64,000 nucleotides of DNA from an uncultured delta proteobacterium (GCA_963713045.1 CAVQKE010000007.1:64001-128000); one strand, 5' to 3'; positions 1 to 11,019 are shown, counted from the stretch's first letter. Notes: a model not told the origin generated them from the sequence alone. Numbers and translations are program-made.

Positions 1-3000
1 GTGGGGGGTGAGGTAGAGGGATGGCTGGAGCGGACCCATCATCCGCGCTGACCGAACATCGATGTTCCCAAAAAGCGCGGACAGGGCAGCGTCGGCTTCG
101 GAAAGTGCCCTCAGTGGCTGGTCGATGACTAGCCAAATGAGGTTGGGCATGCCAAGCCGACATGTGTTGGCATTGAAGAAGTCTCCGCGCTCCATGGCGG
201 AAGCCAGTGCTCTAGGTACCCGCTTTTGGAGTTCGGGAAGGTCGCCGAGATACGCGAGCGCTGGCATTGCATATGCGTCCGTGATTGCGAGCTCCCAGGC
301 GACCCCGCGGCAGCGCAAGCGGTAAATTTCAGCGGCTTCGTCGCAGAGCTGAACGGCTCGCTTCCACTCGGCGTTGAACCATGCGCTGATTCCCTGCGCC
401 ATGGTTCCCCACGCGCGGTCGTACGGGATAGAGGATTTTCCAATCTCCTCTTCCATACGTAGAAGCAGCTTTTGCGCATGTCGTCTCAGTGGAGGGTACC
501 CAAGGACCGTTTCAAACGCGGCTTCGTATCCCAGGCCGCGGATGACCCTCGAGCGGTCACGCGCCTGGATGGCACCTCGCAGGTGATGCACACCGAGCGG
601 GTCTGCGGCGACATAGTTGAGCATGGAGATGCTGGTGGACGCCGACCAGAGCGAATCGAGTCGGTCGAGCGCAGAAGCATCTACCGTCGGGTGCTCGCTC
701 ACCGGGAACGACAGCGGCTTCAGCATCAGACCGAGGCGCGGCAAGAGGCCGCTGAGTACCGCTCCAATTCGGGTCTCTGGAACGGGGATGGGCAGGTTTG
801 CCGTCGACAATCGGAGTAGCCGCATCCCATCAGCGAGTCGACCGCTGCGGAGGTAGTGCTCGCTGGCCAGCCGCAGGAGCGTTCTCGGCGATGCTTTGGT
901 GGTACCATCTTTTTCGGCGAGCTCGGCGGCCTGCTCAAAATGCCTCGCCGCGCGCGCCCCCTTCCCTGCATCCGCCCACGCCGTGGCCGCCAATTCGTGC
1001 AGTTCGGCCTCGTTTGCTTTACCTGGAAGCAGCTCCAGCACCTGTTCATACAGCGCTCCCGCACGGTCGAACGCCAGCTTCTCGCGGGCGGAGTGTGCCG
1101 CACGTAAAGCGAATTCGCCGGCCAACTCGGTGTCTCCGGCGCCACGGTAGTGAACGGCCAGCTGCTCGTCGTCAGCGGATGGCAAGCTCCTAAGGCATAC
1201 GGCAAGTTCGTGGTGGTATTTTCTCAGCCGTTCAGTGGAGAGTTGCGCAAGTACGGCGTCTCTCATTTTGTCGTGGTAGACTTCAACGAGTGGTGCGTCG
1301 GGCTGTTCGATGAGTCGCAGCATCCGTGCATGTGCGAGCCTGCTGATATCTGTTTGGGCTGCATCGCTGAGATTTGCCGCTGCGAGGACGGTTTCCCGCC
1401 CCATGGGCCGGCCAGCCACGGACACCAACTCGACGATTCGCCTCGCCGTGTCGGTCAGTTCGGCAATCCGCTGGTCAACAACATCAGCGAGCCCAGCCCT
1501 GTTGGTCTGGCGCCCCAAGTTGTGCGCGGCGTGACGAGCCAACTCCCCTAGGAAGAAGGGGGAACCGCATGACTCCACCACAAGGGAGTTCAGGAGCTCG
1601 TCATCGACTGCACCGCCGAGCAGACCCGAAACGACCTCATGTGCTGAGGCATCTGAAAGTGGTTCCACGTGGACTGGGATCGGGGGCGTCACCGCTAGGC
1701 GTCCTTCCCGAAGTGCGGACAGAAAAGCCTGCCCAGACACATCCTCAGCCCGGTACGCGAGAAGATACAGAATGGGGGCCTGCGCTGGACGGAGAAGATG
1801 CAGGATTAACTGTTCGGAATCTGGGTCCGTCCATTGGAAATCGTCTATCCAGATGACCAGAGGTTGGCGGCGAGCGCATTCACCCAGGAGCTGTCGCAGA
1901 GCTTCGACCCCGAGCCTTCGCAGCTCGCGGGGCTCGACAAGCTCGGAAGCCACCTGGCCGCGTGGCGCCTCCAAGCCCGGCACGTCGGCAAGAGCTCCGA
2001 ACAGCCGACAGAGATTGGCACCCATTCCTGGTTCCAGGCGGGGAACTTCGGGGGCCGGGAGCGATCCCAGATACGTCGCGAGTTGGTCAACCACGCCGTC
2101 GAGCGCGCGGTAAGGGACCAATTCCTCGGGAAGACATCGCCCGCTCAAAACGGTGGCTTCGTTAGCGGCCTGGACCTGGGACGTAAAACGGCGTGCGAGT
2201 TCAGTCTTTCCCATCCCAGACCTTCCCTCGATGGTCGCGAGCGTCAGCTGGCCACTCTTCGCCGTTCGCAATGCCGTCCAGAGCGCAGCGAGCTCCTCCG
2301 AGCGGCCGACGAAACTTGTATGGCGCGGGCGGCGCTTCTCCGGTTTGCCCAGCGCCTTAAGCACTTCCGAGGGCCCTGCTCGTTGGTGGGGTCTCGGATC
2401 GAGAAGCCGGAAGACGAGTTCTTCCAAACGCAGCGGAGTTTCCGGAGCTAAGTCTCGAAGGGACCTCGGTTTACCAGCTTCTTTGAGCGCGAGTATCTCT
2501 CGGAGTGACCCGTGAAAAGGTACTCGGCCCGTAAGTATCTCGTAGAGCAGTACTCCAACCGCGTACCAGTCGGAGGAAAAACCGAGCGGCTCTCCGCGGA
2601 GCTGCTCCGGAGAAACGTACGCGGTCGTTCCGGCGAGGTACTTCTGTAAGGAGACTTGGCGGTCAATGACAAGGTCGCTGACTAGGCCAAAGTCGAGCAG
2701 AACGAGGCGATCCGCCGAGGTAACCTGAACGTTGGAGGGCTTGATGTCTCTGTGAAGCTTTCCAGCGCTGTGCAGGGCACAAACGCCCTCCACGAGTTGG
2801 GCAACAGCGTCTTCGAACTTTACCATGCGCTCGGGCGGTAGCGGCGACCCTAATGGAGCACCGGTCTTTGGCCACCTGCTCCCAGCTTCTGCTGCATCGT
2901 CGACGTCTAGCGTGACAGCTTCTATCGCGGGTGGCAGACCGTCTCGAAGGTGGTGCTTGAGAGTGCTCCCATCGAGCAGTTCCATAGTGAAAAAACAGTC

Positions 3001-3456
3001 CGCCTCGTTTGCAACCAAGTCATAAAGTTCGACCAGATTTGGATGGACAATTCCCTGAAGAGATCGAAATTCCTCCTTGAGCTGACGAATCCAAGTTGGC
3101 GATCGATGGGCATCCGTCAACGTTTTTAAGGCAACGTCGCAACGTCGCTTTTCATCGTACGCGCGATAAACGACGCCCATCCCTCCGCGACCAATCTTTG
3201 AGACCAGACGAAAGCGGCCATTACCTCGAAGCTGCGAGCTGGCCTGCTTGCCTCCCGAGCCGGACCGAAGCGCGTCTTCGGCGCCTGAGAGGAACCGCTC
3301 CTTCCAGTTCTCGAGTTCCGATGCCGTTAGACCGTGTTGACGAGCTGCCTCCTGAGTAGATGCCTCACCTTTGAGGATGCTGATGACTAGCTCGGCCCGC
3401 CGCTCGGCCGTCCAACCCTGGCCATCTTCGTTGAGTTCGTTCTCGTCGGGCTGCAT
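1..3456 (-). CDS. DUF1153-like HTH + Ser/Thr protein kinase + AAA/STAND-type ATPase protein (3' end runs off window)
   Basis: Not in the ORF track because no stop falls in the window. Manual translation from ATG 3456: MQPDENE...WTAERRAELVISILKGEASTQEAARQHGLTASELENWKERFL, then kinase motifs IGRGGMGVVY, VALK, LHRDIKPSN, LLDFGL, GTTAYVSPEQ, then FVGRSEEL and Walker A EGRSGMGKT; still in frame at GSPFFLGEL (~1550). Confidence 0.9.
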   Translation of the reverse strand, partial: MQPDENELNEDGQGWTAERRAELVISILKGEASTQEAARQHGLTASELENWKERFLSGAEDALRSGSGGKQASSQLRGNGRFRLVSKIGRGGMGVVYRAYDEKRRCDVALKTLTDAHRSPTWIRQLKEEFRSLQGIVHPNLVELYDLVANEADCFFTMELLDGSTLKHHLRDGLPPAIEAVTLDVDDAAEAGSRWPKTGAPLGSPLPPERMVKFEDAVAQLVEGVCALHSAGKLHRDIKPSNVQVTSADRLVLLDFGLVSDLVIDRQVSLQKYLAGTTAYVSPEQLRGEPLGFSSDWYAVGVLLYEILTGRVPFHGSLREILALKEAGKPRSLRDLAPETPLRLEELVFRLLDPRPHQRAGPSEVLKALGKPEKRRPRHTSFVGRSEELAALWTALRTAKSGQLTLATIEGRSGMGKTELARRFTSQVQAANEATVLSGRCLPEELVPYRALDGVVDQLATYLGSLPAPEVPRLEPGMGANLCRLFGALADVPGLEAPRGQVASELVEPRELRRLGVEALRQLLGECARRQPLVIWIDDFQWTDPDSEQLILHLLRPAQAPILYLLAYRAEDVSGQAFLSALREGRLAVTPPIPVHVEPLSDASAHEVVSGLLGGAVDDELLNSLVVESCGSPFFLGELARHAAHNLGRQTNRAGLADVVDQRIAELTDTARRIVELVSVAGRPMGRETVLAAANLSDAAQTDISRLAHARMLRLIEQPDAPLVEVYHDKMRDAVLAQLSTERLRKYHHELAVCLRSLPSADDEQLAVHYRGAGDTELAGEFALRAAHSAREKLAFDRAGALYEQVLELLPGKANEAELHELAATAWADAGKGARAARHFEQAAELAEKDGTTKASPRTLLRLASEHYLRSGRLADGMRLLRLSTANLPIPVPETRIGAVLSGLLPRLGLMLKPLSFPVSEHPTVDASALDRLDSLWSASTSISMLNYVAADPLGVHHLRGAIQARDRSRVIRGLGYEAAFETVLGYPPLRRHAQKLLLRMEEEIGKSSIPYDRAWGTMAQGISAWFNAEWKRAVQLCDEAAEIYRLRCRGVAWELAITDAYAMPALAYLGDLPELQKRVPRALASAMERGDFFNANTCRLGMPNLIWLVIDQPLRALSEADAALSALFGNIDVRSARMMGPLQPSLYLTPH

Positions 3457-3709
3457 GACGAACCTCTCGTTGGCTCCTAGCCTGGCGCAAAGTCGTGAAC
3501 TGGGCCTCGACATTCATCCGGGTCCACAAGCGGAGCCTGTCGAGCCTAGCTCACCGGAACCTCGCAAGCGGCCGAGGTGGACGCCCTATTCACTCACAGC
3601 AAAGGCTCGGGTCTCCACGCGGGCGGGGACGCCATGTCCCTGTCTTGCGTCACACGACGACTTCCCCCGACCAGCATCGCGTGCTCTCCAAGCCGTTGTC
3701 CTACAAGTT

Positions 3710-4231
3710 GGCCATGAGTCGTGGAGATGTGGACAGTGAGCTCCCGGTTACTTCGGCTCCGAGCAGACTCGGCGCGATGCGCCCAAGCGTAGAAGCCGGC
3801 GCGCGAGACGCCGAGCAGGCCGCACATGGCAGCGACCGAGGTGGATGGCTCCCCCGCCTTCTCCGCTTGAATCCGAGCAAATTTCACTTGGACTCCTTGG
3901 CGAAGAAGGCCGCCCATTTTTTTAATAGGTCACGCTCCATCCGCAGCGTGCGGTTCTCCTGTCGAAGCTTCGTCAGCTCCTGCTTCTCGGCGGTTGTCAA
4001 AGCCCCCTCCGGTCCCTTGCCCTGGTCGACGTCGGCCTGCTGGACCCAGTGCCGCAATACGGTTTCGGTCAGGTCCAGCTCGCGTGCGACGTCACCCACC
4101 GTCTTGCCGCTCTCCCGGACCAGTTTGACGGTCTCAGCTTTGAACTCTGGGCTGAACTTCCGCCGTGCTCGCCTCGCCATCGTGGACATGTACACCCCTC
4201 CTCAGGTGTCCACGAAACGAGGGGAGGCTCA
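3710..4231 (-). mobile_element. Truncated IS3-family element (left IR, orfA, 5' part of orfB)
   Basis: Left end TGAGCCTCCCCTCGTTTCGTGGACACC ending at 4231; orfA RRKFSPEFKAETVKLV...ARELDL; A7 run at 3917-3923; overlapping orfB start (MCGLLGVSRAGFYAW) that loses similarity near 3710 with no DDE domain. Inner boundary approximate. Confidence 0.85.
3884..4195 (-). CDS. IS3-family transposase OrfA
   Basis: HTH plus leucine-zipper pattern (ELTKLRQENRTLRMERDLLKKWAAFFAKE). Confidence 0.9.
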   Translation of the reverse strand: MYMSTMARRARRKFSPEFKAETVKLVRESGKTVGDVARELDLTETVLRHWVQQADVDQGKGPEGALTTAEKQELTKLRQENRTLRMERDLLKKWAAFFAKESK

Positions 4232-4549
4232 GAACTGGGCGTGCTCCGCTTCGGTGGACAATGCTTTAGGTCGATTCGCCTCGTCGTCTTAATCGTGATG
4301 GCATGCAATCTCGCTGGGGACCTCTTGAGTGTTGGCCTGTGTGTTGTCGACCCGACCGCGGCTTTCCGCCGACGCAGTAGTGGTAAGTCGACACCTCGCT
4401 TTGTGCGTCAATGGCTCACCTACTCGACGGCAAGCTCAGCTTCGCTCTCGGGGCAAAGTACAGAATGGTCGCCTAGGCGAACCGGCAACAACTGAGGCCC
4501 GGCTCACGCCCCTTCGAGGACTATATGGGCTACGGTTTGTATCCCGCTC

Positions 4550-4715
4550 CGGCCAGTAGACCCCGTGAGCAACGTCTCACAGAGGCTTGGCCAATGCTGG
4601 CGCAGTTACGGCCGCAGCTCCGGCACCGTCGTCCCGTCAATGCCGGGACTGCCCTTGGTTTGCTCCACGCGCTTCAACGCCTTTACCGCATTGCTGCGCT
4701 CGAGATGCGCTCCAT
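4550..4715 (-). pseudogene. Group II intron reverse transcriptase N-terminal remnant
   Basis: Minus strand reads MERI/LERSNAVKALKRVEQTKGSPGIDGTTVPELRP*LRQHWPSLCETLLTG/YWP, matching the RT0 pattern A.KRV..NKG.PG.DG.T; contains frameshifts and a stop. Confidence 0.75.
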
Positions 4716-4821
4716 CCATGCGCAACGCCGTTTCCCGAGCCTCCGTCTCCGTGTGTCAAAAGGAAGAACTCCTGCGTCGGATGTCGACGCAGGAGCCCTT
4801 CTCTTTCCACCACAAGGTGAC

Positions 4822-7120
4822 TTATTCGTTGACACCCGGGACCGGAACCCACCGCGGCCCGTAGAGCGGCACCGGCTGGCCGTACTCGTACGCGCCGAGG
4901 TCCGGGGCGCTGCCGGTAAAGTCGTCGGTGACGTTGGGGATGAAGACTCCCGTGTCAATCGCCGCCGAGCCTTTAGCCAACGTGTAGTCGATGAGCACCG
5001 GCGCAGTCACGCCAGCCGTCGTGGTTCCCCAGCTGTACAACTGCTCGGGGTTGGACGCTTGGGCCGGCGGCGGCGCGTTGTTGAAGACGGTCCAGTCGAC
5101 GACGATGCTGTGCTTGTCCTGGCCCGTTCCCGCTTGATACGCCGCCAGCGAACCATAGGTCTTCGTCAGCAGCGGCGTACCGCCGTCTGGGTATTGCGAG
5201 CTGTAATCCGCGAGGACCGTGGTATCTGGAGGAGACGCATACGAGAACGCCGTCGGACCCCCGTCGGGGTTAGCGCCGTCGCCCGGCGGGATTCCCCAGC
5301 CATTGTAATCGAGCACCGAGTAATTCGTGTACATGCCGATGCTGAGGACCTCAGTGCTGACGCCCGTCCCTGAGACCGGTGCTTGCATGATCAGGTTGTT
5401 GAGGAACGTGATGTTGGCTCCGCTCGGCGAAGCGCTGGCGTATTCGCCAAACGTGTTGTTCAGATAGAGCACGCCTTGCGCGTGGTCCCACTTAATGGAG
5501 CTTACCCAACTGTTGTACACCACGTTTCGGATGAAATACTGCGGGCCAGCAAACGTGGGCTGGTTGCTGGTGGCCTGCTCGCCAGTGTTGATGCAGCGGT
5601 TACGCATCCACCGCGCGTTGATCGTCGAACCGTCCATCTCGCCGCAGTTGTCGGTCATGTCATAGACGTCGTTGTTGTAGGTATCGAGCGAAACGGCCAT
5701 GAGGTCGCGAGGCTGGCCCGACGGAGTGCAGTCCGGCCTGCGCGGGTCGCAGGGATACCCTTCGGGTTGGTGGGTATCGATGTCGAAGCCGTCGTGGAAG
5801 TAGGCGGCATAGTTATAGGCTACGGTGTGGGCGGAGCCGTAAAGCTTGGTCGCGAAGTAAGCGATGTTCGGCCCCTGGTAAGTCGCGTAGTTGTGGTCGT
5901 TTGTGGGACCGCCGGCCACCGGTTGAACGGTGATGGGCGTCGTCTCGGCGGTTCCGTTAGCCACGTGCTCCGTCCAGAGCGTGCTAAAGGGCGCCCCTCC
6001 CCAGGAAGTCTGGTAGGTTTGTTCATTGCGGCCGTAGAAGAAGTTGTCGGTGATGTAGAACCACTTCGACTTCGCCCACTCGCTCCAGACGCCCATGGCG
6101 ATATTCTTGAAGATGCACTGCTTGACGGTCAAACCCTCCGAGCCAACGCTTTCCTTGGTGCCTGCGAGGATGGCGATGTCGGTGTTCTGGAACACTATCC
6201 CTTGGAAGTAGTTGTAATTCGCGGACTGCACGTCGAAGAGCACGTGGTTGTTCTGGCCGTCGATGATGACTGGGCCGTCGCCCGCGGACACAATGGCGAT
6301 GGGCTTCTCCTTGGTGCCGTTACCGCGCAGATAATACGTGCCGTCAAAGTCGGTGCCTTGGCCTGCGGTGGCGGGGTACGTGCTTGTGGTCGAGGTATAT
6401 TGCGGACCAAATGCCGTAACCGGCCCGTTATACTCCGCACCGGAATAGTGATAACGGTCGTCGGCGTAAGTACCCGGCATGGACAACGATGGTATCGCCG
6501 GGCTTTACCCGCACCGGGCACATCTTGTTCCAGTCATCTTCAACCTGGCACTCGTAATAGGCGGCCAGTATACCCGGATACGCGTTGGGCGCTGTCGCGA
6601 CCGTCCTCAGGTTGGTCCCCGGCGGATACACGTGATAGACGTTCCCGTCGCTGCCCTTATAGGGCACGGGCTCGGCCTGCGTGCGGAAATTCACCTCCTG
6701 GGTTGCGCACTCGCCGAACCGCCGCCGGCCCTCCACGCCGTCGGGATCGCACAGCTCGAACTTAGCTTCGTACTCGGTGTCCGGCTGGAGATCGAAGATG
6801 CTCCCGGCAAACATATTCGGGGCGACATAAACGTAGTACGGCGGGTGAAAGGCGACTTCGTTCTGGATGCGGACGAGATTCATCCCTTGCTGCCAGGGGG
6901 AATTGCCGTTTGCACGGCGGTACCAGACCGTCACACTTGCAGTCCGGTTGTCGTCGCCGGTGATATACCATTCGAACCCCGCGTTAATCAGCGTGGTAGG
7001 TTCGACGTAGAACTGGCCAGGCCCAACCTCATTTTGGGCCACGGCGGTAGACGGCGACAGGCCCAGAAGAAACAGCGAGACAACTGGGAGCAGCCAGGCC
7101 AGGTGGTTCTTAGTTCTCAT
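4822..7120 (-). CDS. Secreted right-handed beta-helix (pectin lyase-fold) protein with N-terminal FN3-like domain; one frameshift near 6476
   Basis: Signal peptide MRTKNHLAWLLPVVSLFLLGLSPSTAVA; GSIFDLQPDTEYE; KPGDTIVVHAG joins TYADDRY across an extra G; repeated N/D-rich beta-helix turns; C-terminal SAAIDTG...APDLGAYE. Confidence 0.75.
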
Positions 7121-7312
7121 GCTCAGCCTCTTTTCTGGGGAACCGCTTCGTGCTGGAGGTAAAGCTTGCTGCGGCGCAAGAATCTTCCTTCCAGTGCGTT
7201 GTTTCGGGCAGGTTTCACCGCCTGCCATCCTCCTCTCGCGCCGGCGCTTTCGCGCCCGCCTGTCAACGCAAGGGCTTAGAGAAAAACCGGCCACTTCGGG
7301 AAATAAGGTCGC

Positions 7313-7362
7313 TCAGCGGCGCCTGGGCGGGCGCGAGCGGGCCTTTGGACGCCGTGAACGGG
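7313..7362 (-). promoter_or_regulatory. Three LytTR-type direct-repeat boxes at 21-bp periodicity
   Basis: Minus strand CCCGTTCA-N13-CCCGCTCG-N13-GCCGCTGA, lying between the LytTR regulator stop and the beta-helix gene. Confidence 0.7.
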
Positions 7363-7366
7363 ATTA

Positions 7367-8110
7367 TCACGAAAGCGGGTCGACGTACTTCAGGTCGCTC
7401 CGAATCCCGAGGCGCTGCTTCAACGCGGCGAAGTATCGCCGGCTCACTGGTACTTCACGACCTGACTTCAGCCTGAGAACGGCGGCACGCGGCTCTGTGC
7501 GAAAAATCTCCCTGATCTGCCGCACGTCCACCAGATATTGACGATGACACCGCTGAAGAGGCGTCTTGTTCTCGAGCGCTTGCATCGTCAGTTCGGTCAG
7601 GAATTCATCTTTAGGCGTAACCACGTACACCCCTGCGGCGCTGCAGTGGACGTGCTCGACCTCGTCGACATCGACCAGGCGTATGCTGCTATGCCCGGTG
7701 CAGGGGATCCGCTCGATGGCGGGGCTCTCATAGACTCGCGTCCGTCCCTCGTGAACAAAGCGCTTCAGCTTTTCCACAGTGAGGCTCAGCCGCTCGCGCA
7801 GGACGGGCTTTAAGAGGTAGTCGATGGCATTCTCTTCGAAAGCCTTTATAGCGAACTCATCGAAGGCGGTGACGAAGACGACGTGCGGCATGCGTTCGCG
7901 GTCGATCATGCTGAGCAGCTGAAAGCCATTTACCTTCGGCATCTGGACGTCCAGAAAAAGGACATCTGGTGGTGCGCGATTGATGGATTGAAGGGCCTCC
8001 ACCGCGTTTGCACACACCGAAACGACCTCGAACTCCTCCGAAGTGGCGAGCATCGCTTCCAGCGACCGGCGCGCGTAGAGCTCATCATCGACAATCATCG
8101 CGCGCATCAT
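7367..8110 (-). CDS. btsR: LytTR-family response regulator (BtsR/YehT-like)
   Basis: REC domain (IVDDE, FLDVQMP, FVTAFDEFAIKAFEENAIDYLLKP) plus LytTR domain (RCHRQYLV, VPVSRRY); ATGA overlap with the kinase. Confidence 0.9.
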   Translation of the reverse strand: MMRAMIVDDELYARRSLEAMLATSEEFEVVSVCANAVEALQSINRAPPDVLFLDVQMPKVNGFQLLSMIDRERMPHVVFVTAFDEFAIKAFEENAIDYLLKPVLRERLSLTVEKLKRFVHEGRTRVYESPAIERIPCTGHSSIRLVDVDEVEHVHCSAAGVYVVTPKDEFLTELTMQALENKTPLQRCHRQYLVDVRQIREIFRTEPRAAVLRLKSGREVPVSRRYFAALKQRLGIRSDLKYVDPLS

Positions 8111-9768
8111 TGCCATGCCTCCGGCGTGGGCACCTGGATGGACACCCTCGTCAGCTCGTTCGGCACGCAGGAGATGTTGAGCCTGGCGCCGCGCCCGAGC
8201 AGGCCCTCGATACGCTTCTCGACGATCTTAATGCCCAACCCGCTACTACTCGGCCGGGCTTCTTCGTAGGCACCGGCATTGTCCTCGATGTCGATCCGGG
8301 TACTCCCATCGCGCCGGTAGATGTGGATCCGCGCAATGCCCGGCGACAACATTTCGGAAATGCCATGCTTGATGGCGTTCTCGACCAGAGGCTGCAGGGT
8401 GAAGGTCGGCACCTTCGCCTCGAGCAGCGAGGCGTCGACGTCCATCTCCACCGACAATCTGCCCTCGAAGCGCGCTTTCTCGATTTCCAAGTAGGCGCTC
8501 ACGTGTTCCAGCTCCTCACGGAGCGTCGATAGGTCGGCACCGCGCTTCAGGTTCTCGCGGAAGAAAGTCGATAGATGCGACAGCAGTCGGTAGGGTCGGC
8601 TTGCCTCCGGTAGCATTGCCAAGATGGTGTTGAGCGAATTGAAAAGAAAATGAGGGTTGAGCTGCGCGCGAGCGAGTTTGAGCTCGGCCACAAGAAGCAG
8701 GTGCTTTTGCTCCTGATAGCGGGCGAGGAGAAGCTGCATCGAGAGAAGCGACGTGAGTCCCTCGCCCAGCGTCCGGTTTGACGTGAGGAACTTGTCCGCC
8801 GCCTGGTAGAGCTCGATGGTGCCGAGGACCTCTCCGTCCACCCGCAGCGGGACCACAAGCACGGAGTGAAGCGGGCACTTTGTCGACAAGGCGCAGCGAT
8901 AGGAACCGTCGACGAACGTCACCTCGCTCGAAGCAATTGCTTTCGTCGTCCATGCCGACGCGATGGGGATCTCCGCGTGGTGGTGTTCGGCCCCTGCTCC
9001 GACGAATGCCAGCACTTTCTCAGCGTCGGTGATCGCGACCGCCCCGACTCCTGTTTCCTCGTGGATAATTTTCGCTATGTCTCCCGCCACATTGTGATCC
9101 AGGCCGTTCGCCACCAACTGAAGCGTCCGCTCGGCGATCCGGAGCGCCCGCGCTCCTGACGCCGCCCCGGCCTCGTCGTATAGGTTCCTGCGGTCGCGCA
9201 GTATGCTCATGAACAAGGCCGCTCCGGTGGAGTTGGCGAGTATCACCGGGAGCGCGAGTGTCTTTACGAGTGCGACTGCGTCACCGTACGGGCGTGCGAA
9301 GAGCAGGATCAATCCCATCTGCGTCGCCTCGGCCACGAACGTCGTCCCGAACGCGATCTTCGGATCGGACAGCCGCGCTGACCCGCGCCGCACCATATAC
9401 GTGTGCACAACCCCGCCCATGAGGCCCGCCAAGGCGGTAGCCAAGCCACACGGGAACGCGGTGAAGCCGCCCAAGCAGAAGCGATGGAACCCGGCTGTGA
9501 CGCCCACGGCGCTGCCAAGAAGCGGTCCGCCGATGATGCCAGCGAGGACGGAGCCGATGGCGCGGGTATTCGCGATTGCACCTCGGACCGGCGTACCGAG
9601 GTAAGTACCCATGATCGAGGCAGCGGCAAAGAATACGAACAACAACAACTTGTCCCGTGTACGGAAGGAGTTCAGCTCGACGGGTCGATACAGCGGCGAT
9701 TTGCAATACGCGTACGCGATCACCAGGAAAAAGGACATTGACTGGGCGAGCGCGAATAGCAGCGTCAT
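8107..9768 (-). CDS. btsS: LytS/YhcK-type 5TM sensor histidine kinase (BtsS/YehU-like)
   Basis: 5TM-5TMR_LYT motif AIANTRAIGSVLAGIIGGP, GAF-like region, AQLNPHFLFNSLN, TLQPLVENAIKHG. Confidence 0.92.
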   Translation of the reverse strand: MTLLFALAQSMSFFLVIAYAYCKSPLYRPVELNSFRTRDKLLLFVFFAAASIMGTYLGTPVRGAIANTRAIGSVLAGIIGGPLLGSAVGVTAGFHRFCLGGFTAFPCGLATALAGLMGGVVHTYMVRRGSARLSDPKIAFGTTFVAEATQMGLILLFARPYGDAVALVKTLALPVILANSTGAALFMSILRDRRNLYDEAGAASGARALRIAERTLQLVANGLDHNVAGDIAKIIHEETGVGAVAITDAEKVLAFVGAGAEHHHAEIPIASAWTTKAIASSEVTFVDGSYRCALSTKCPLHSVLVVPLRVDGEVLGTIELYQAADKFLTSNRTLGEGLTSLLSMQLLLARYQEQKHLLLVAELKLARAQLNPHFLFNSLNTILAMLPEASRPYRLLSHLSTFFRENLKRGADLSTLREELEHVSAYLEIEKARFEGRLSVEMDVDASLLEAKVPTFTLQPLVENAIKHGISEMLSPGIARIHIYRRDGSTRIDIEDNAGAYEEARPSSSGLGIKIVEKRIEGLLGRGARLNISCVPNELTRVSIQVPTPEAWQ

Positions 9769-9984
9769 GTCGGATTCACAGGCGACGCGATAGGACTCAG
9801 CGTCTGCACTCCCTCCACTCTCGGGATGATTTCAGGCGGTGGGCATGACCCAGCCGGGTGGCTTCACTCAAGACGCGGCGCGATAGACACGCCGCGCCAT
9901 TTGTCGGCAGGGTCATCGAATCCACTGACATTGCAATCAATCTGCGCCAGCGCGGTTCCACGGCTGGGCTGCCCACGCCGTGCG

Positions 9985-11010
9985 CGCATGAGACATCCTG
10001 TGTCAACGTCAGCCTGCGTTGAGGAGGCGCACGGCAGTATGGAGGGCGGGGTCGTACGGCTTTCGGTCCATCCAGGCGCGCCAGAGCACCCGAATCCAAG
10101 CACGGGCGAGGATGCGGATGGCGTGTGGATTTCGGCAGCCGTGGGACTTCGGCGAGTATTTGAGCGGCGCAGGCTTTCCCGGCGCGAGGGAGGGACATCA
10201 TGACTCTCCCGTCCTCGCTGCTGGCGACGGCATACCCCACCCCTCCGGTGAGCTTGTTGATTTCCTCGACCAGGCGTTCCAGGGCACTCGCAATGGCACG
10301 GACCAGCTCGCCCGTCGCCGCGGATTCGGCGTCGCCGCACATGCCGACGGGTGCCGCGCGCAGGTGACAGAGCAGCTCGGCGGAGGGACAGCGGCCGGAG
10401 TAGCGGTACTGAGCGAGGAAGGAGGCGAGTCGCTTTTCGCCCAGGTGCGCAGCGCTAACTGGCGTGGGGTAGTGCTGCACGAAAGCCAAGGCAATGGGCG
10501 AGTCGATTTTCGAAAAGACGTCTACTGCACCTACCCAGAAGCTTTCGAGCAGGCTCAGCAGCTGATTGGCCAACGCCACCCGATGGCGGATGAGGAGCGC
10601 GCGGGCGCCGACAAGGGCACGCAGCGTCTTGAGCTCGTCAGAAGCGGGCTTGAGCGCTCGAAAGCGATAGCCATCAGTGCGCAGCAGGTCTGCGAGCAGG
10701 TAGGCGTCGCCAACGTCGCCCTTTCCTCGAGCCGCTCGGTAGCGCGGGCGAGCAGCCTTCACAGCATTGGGGTGGATGGGCACCACCACTTAGCCGGACT
10801 CCACGAGTGTGTCGACGAGCAGGCCACTCGGCCCCTCAATAGCGATTGACAGCCCGGGTGGCTGCCGTCGTCGGCCGAGGCGCCGTTCAATTCGGTAAGG
10901 CCCTCGGCCGAGTGGACGACCTCAAAGCGATCCACAACTTGCCAGCTTCATCCAGAACACAAAGGCGTGACGACTGCCGCCCCAGTCGAGCCCTACGAAG
11001 TACCTCGGCG
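9985..11010 (-). mobile_element. Degenerate IS110-family transposase (frameshifted, internally deleted)
   Basis: N-terminal YFVGLDWG (~11000), IHPNAVKAARPRY..GKGDVGDAYLLADLLRTD, LPRAGKACAAQILAE, then an abrupt jump to C-terminal AIRILARAWIRVLW in another frame. Boundaries approximate. Confidence 0.85.
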
Positions 11011-11019
11011 AGGACGAGG

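Noticed and set aside
9985..11010. Active IS110 bridge-RNA recombinase system
   Set aside because: The transposase is frameshifted and internally deleted, and no intact non-coding end is identifiable.
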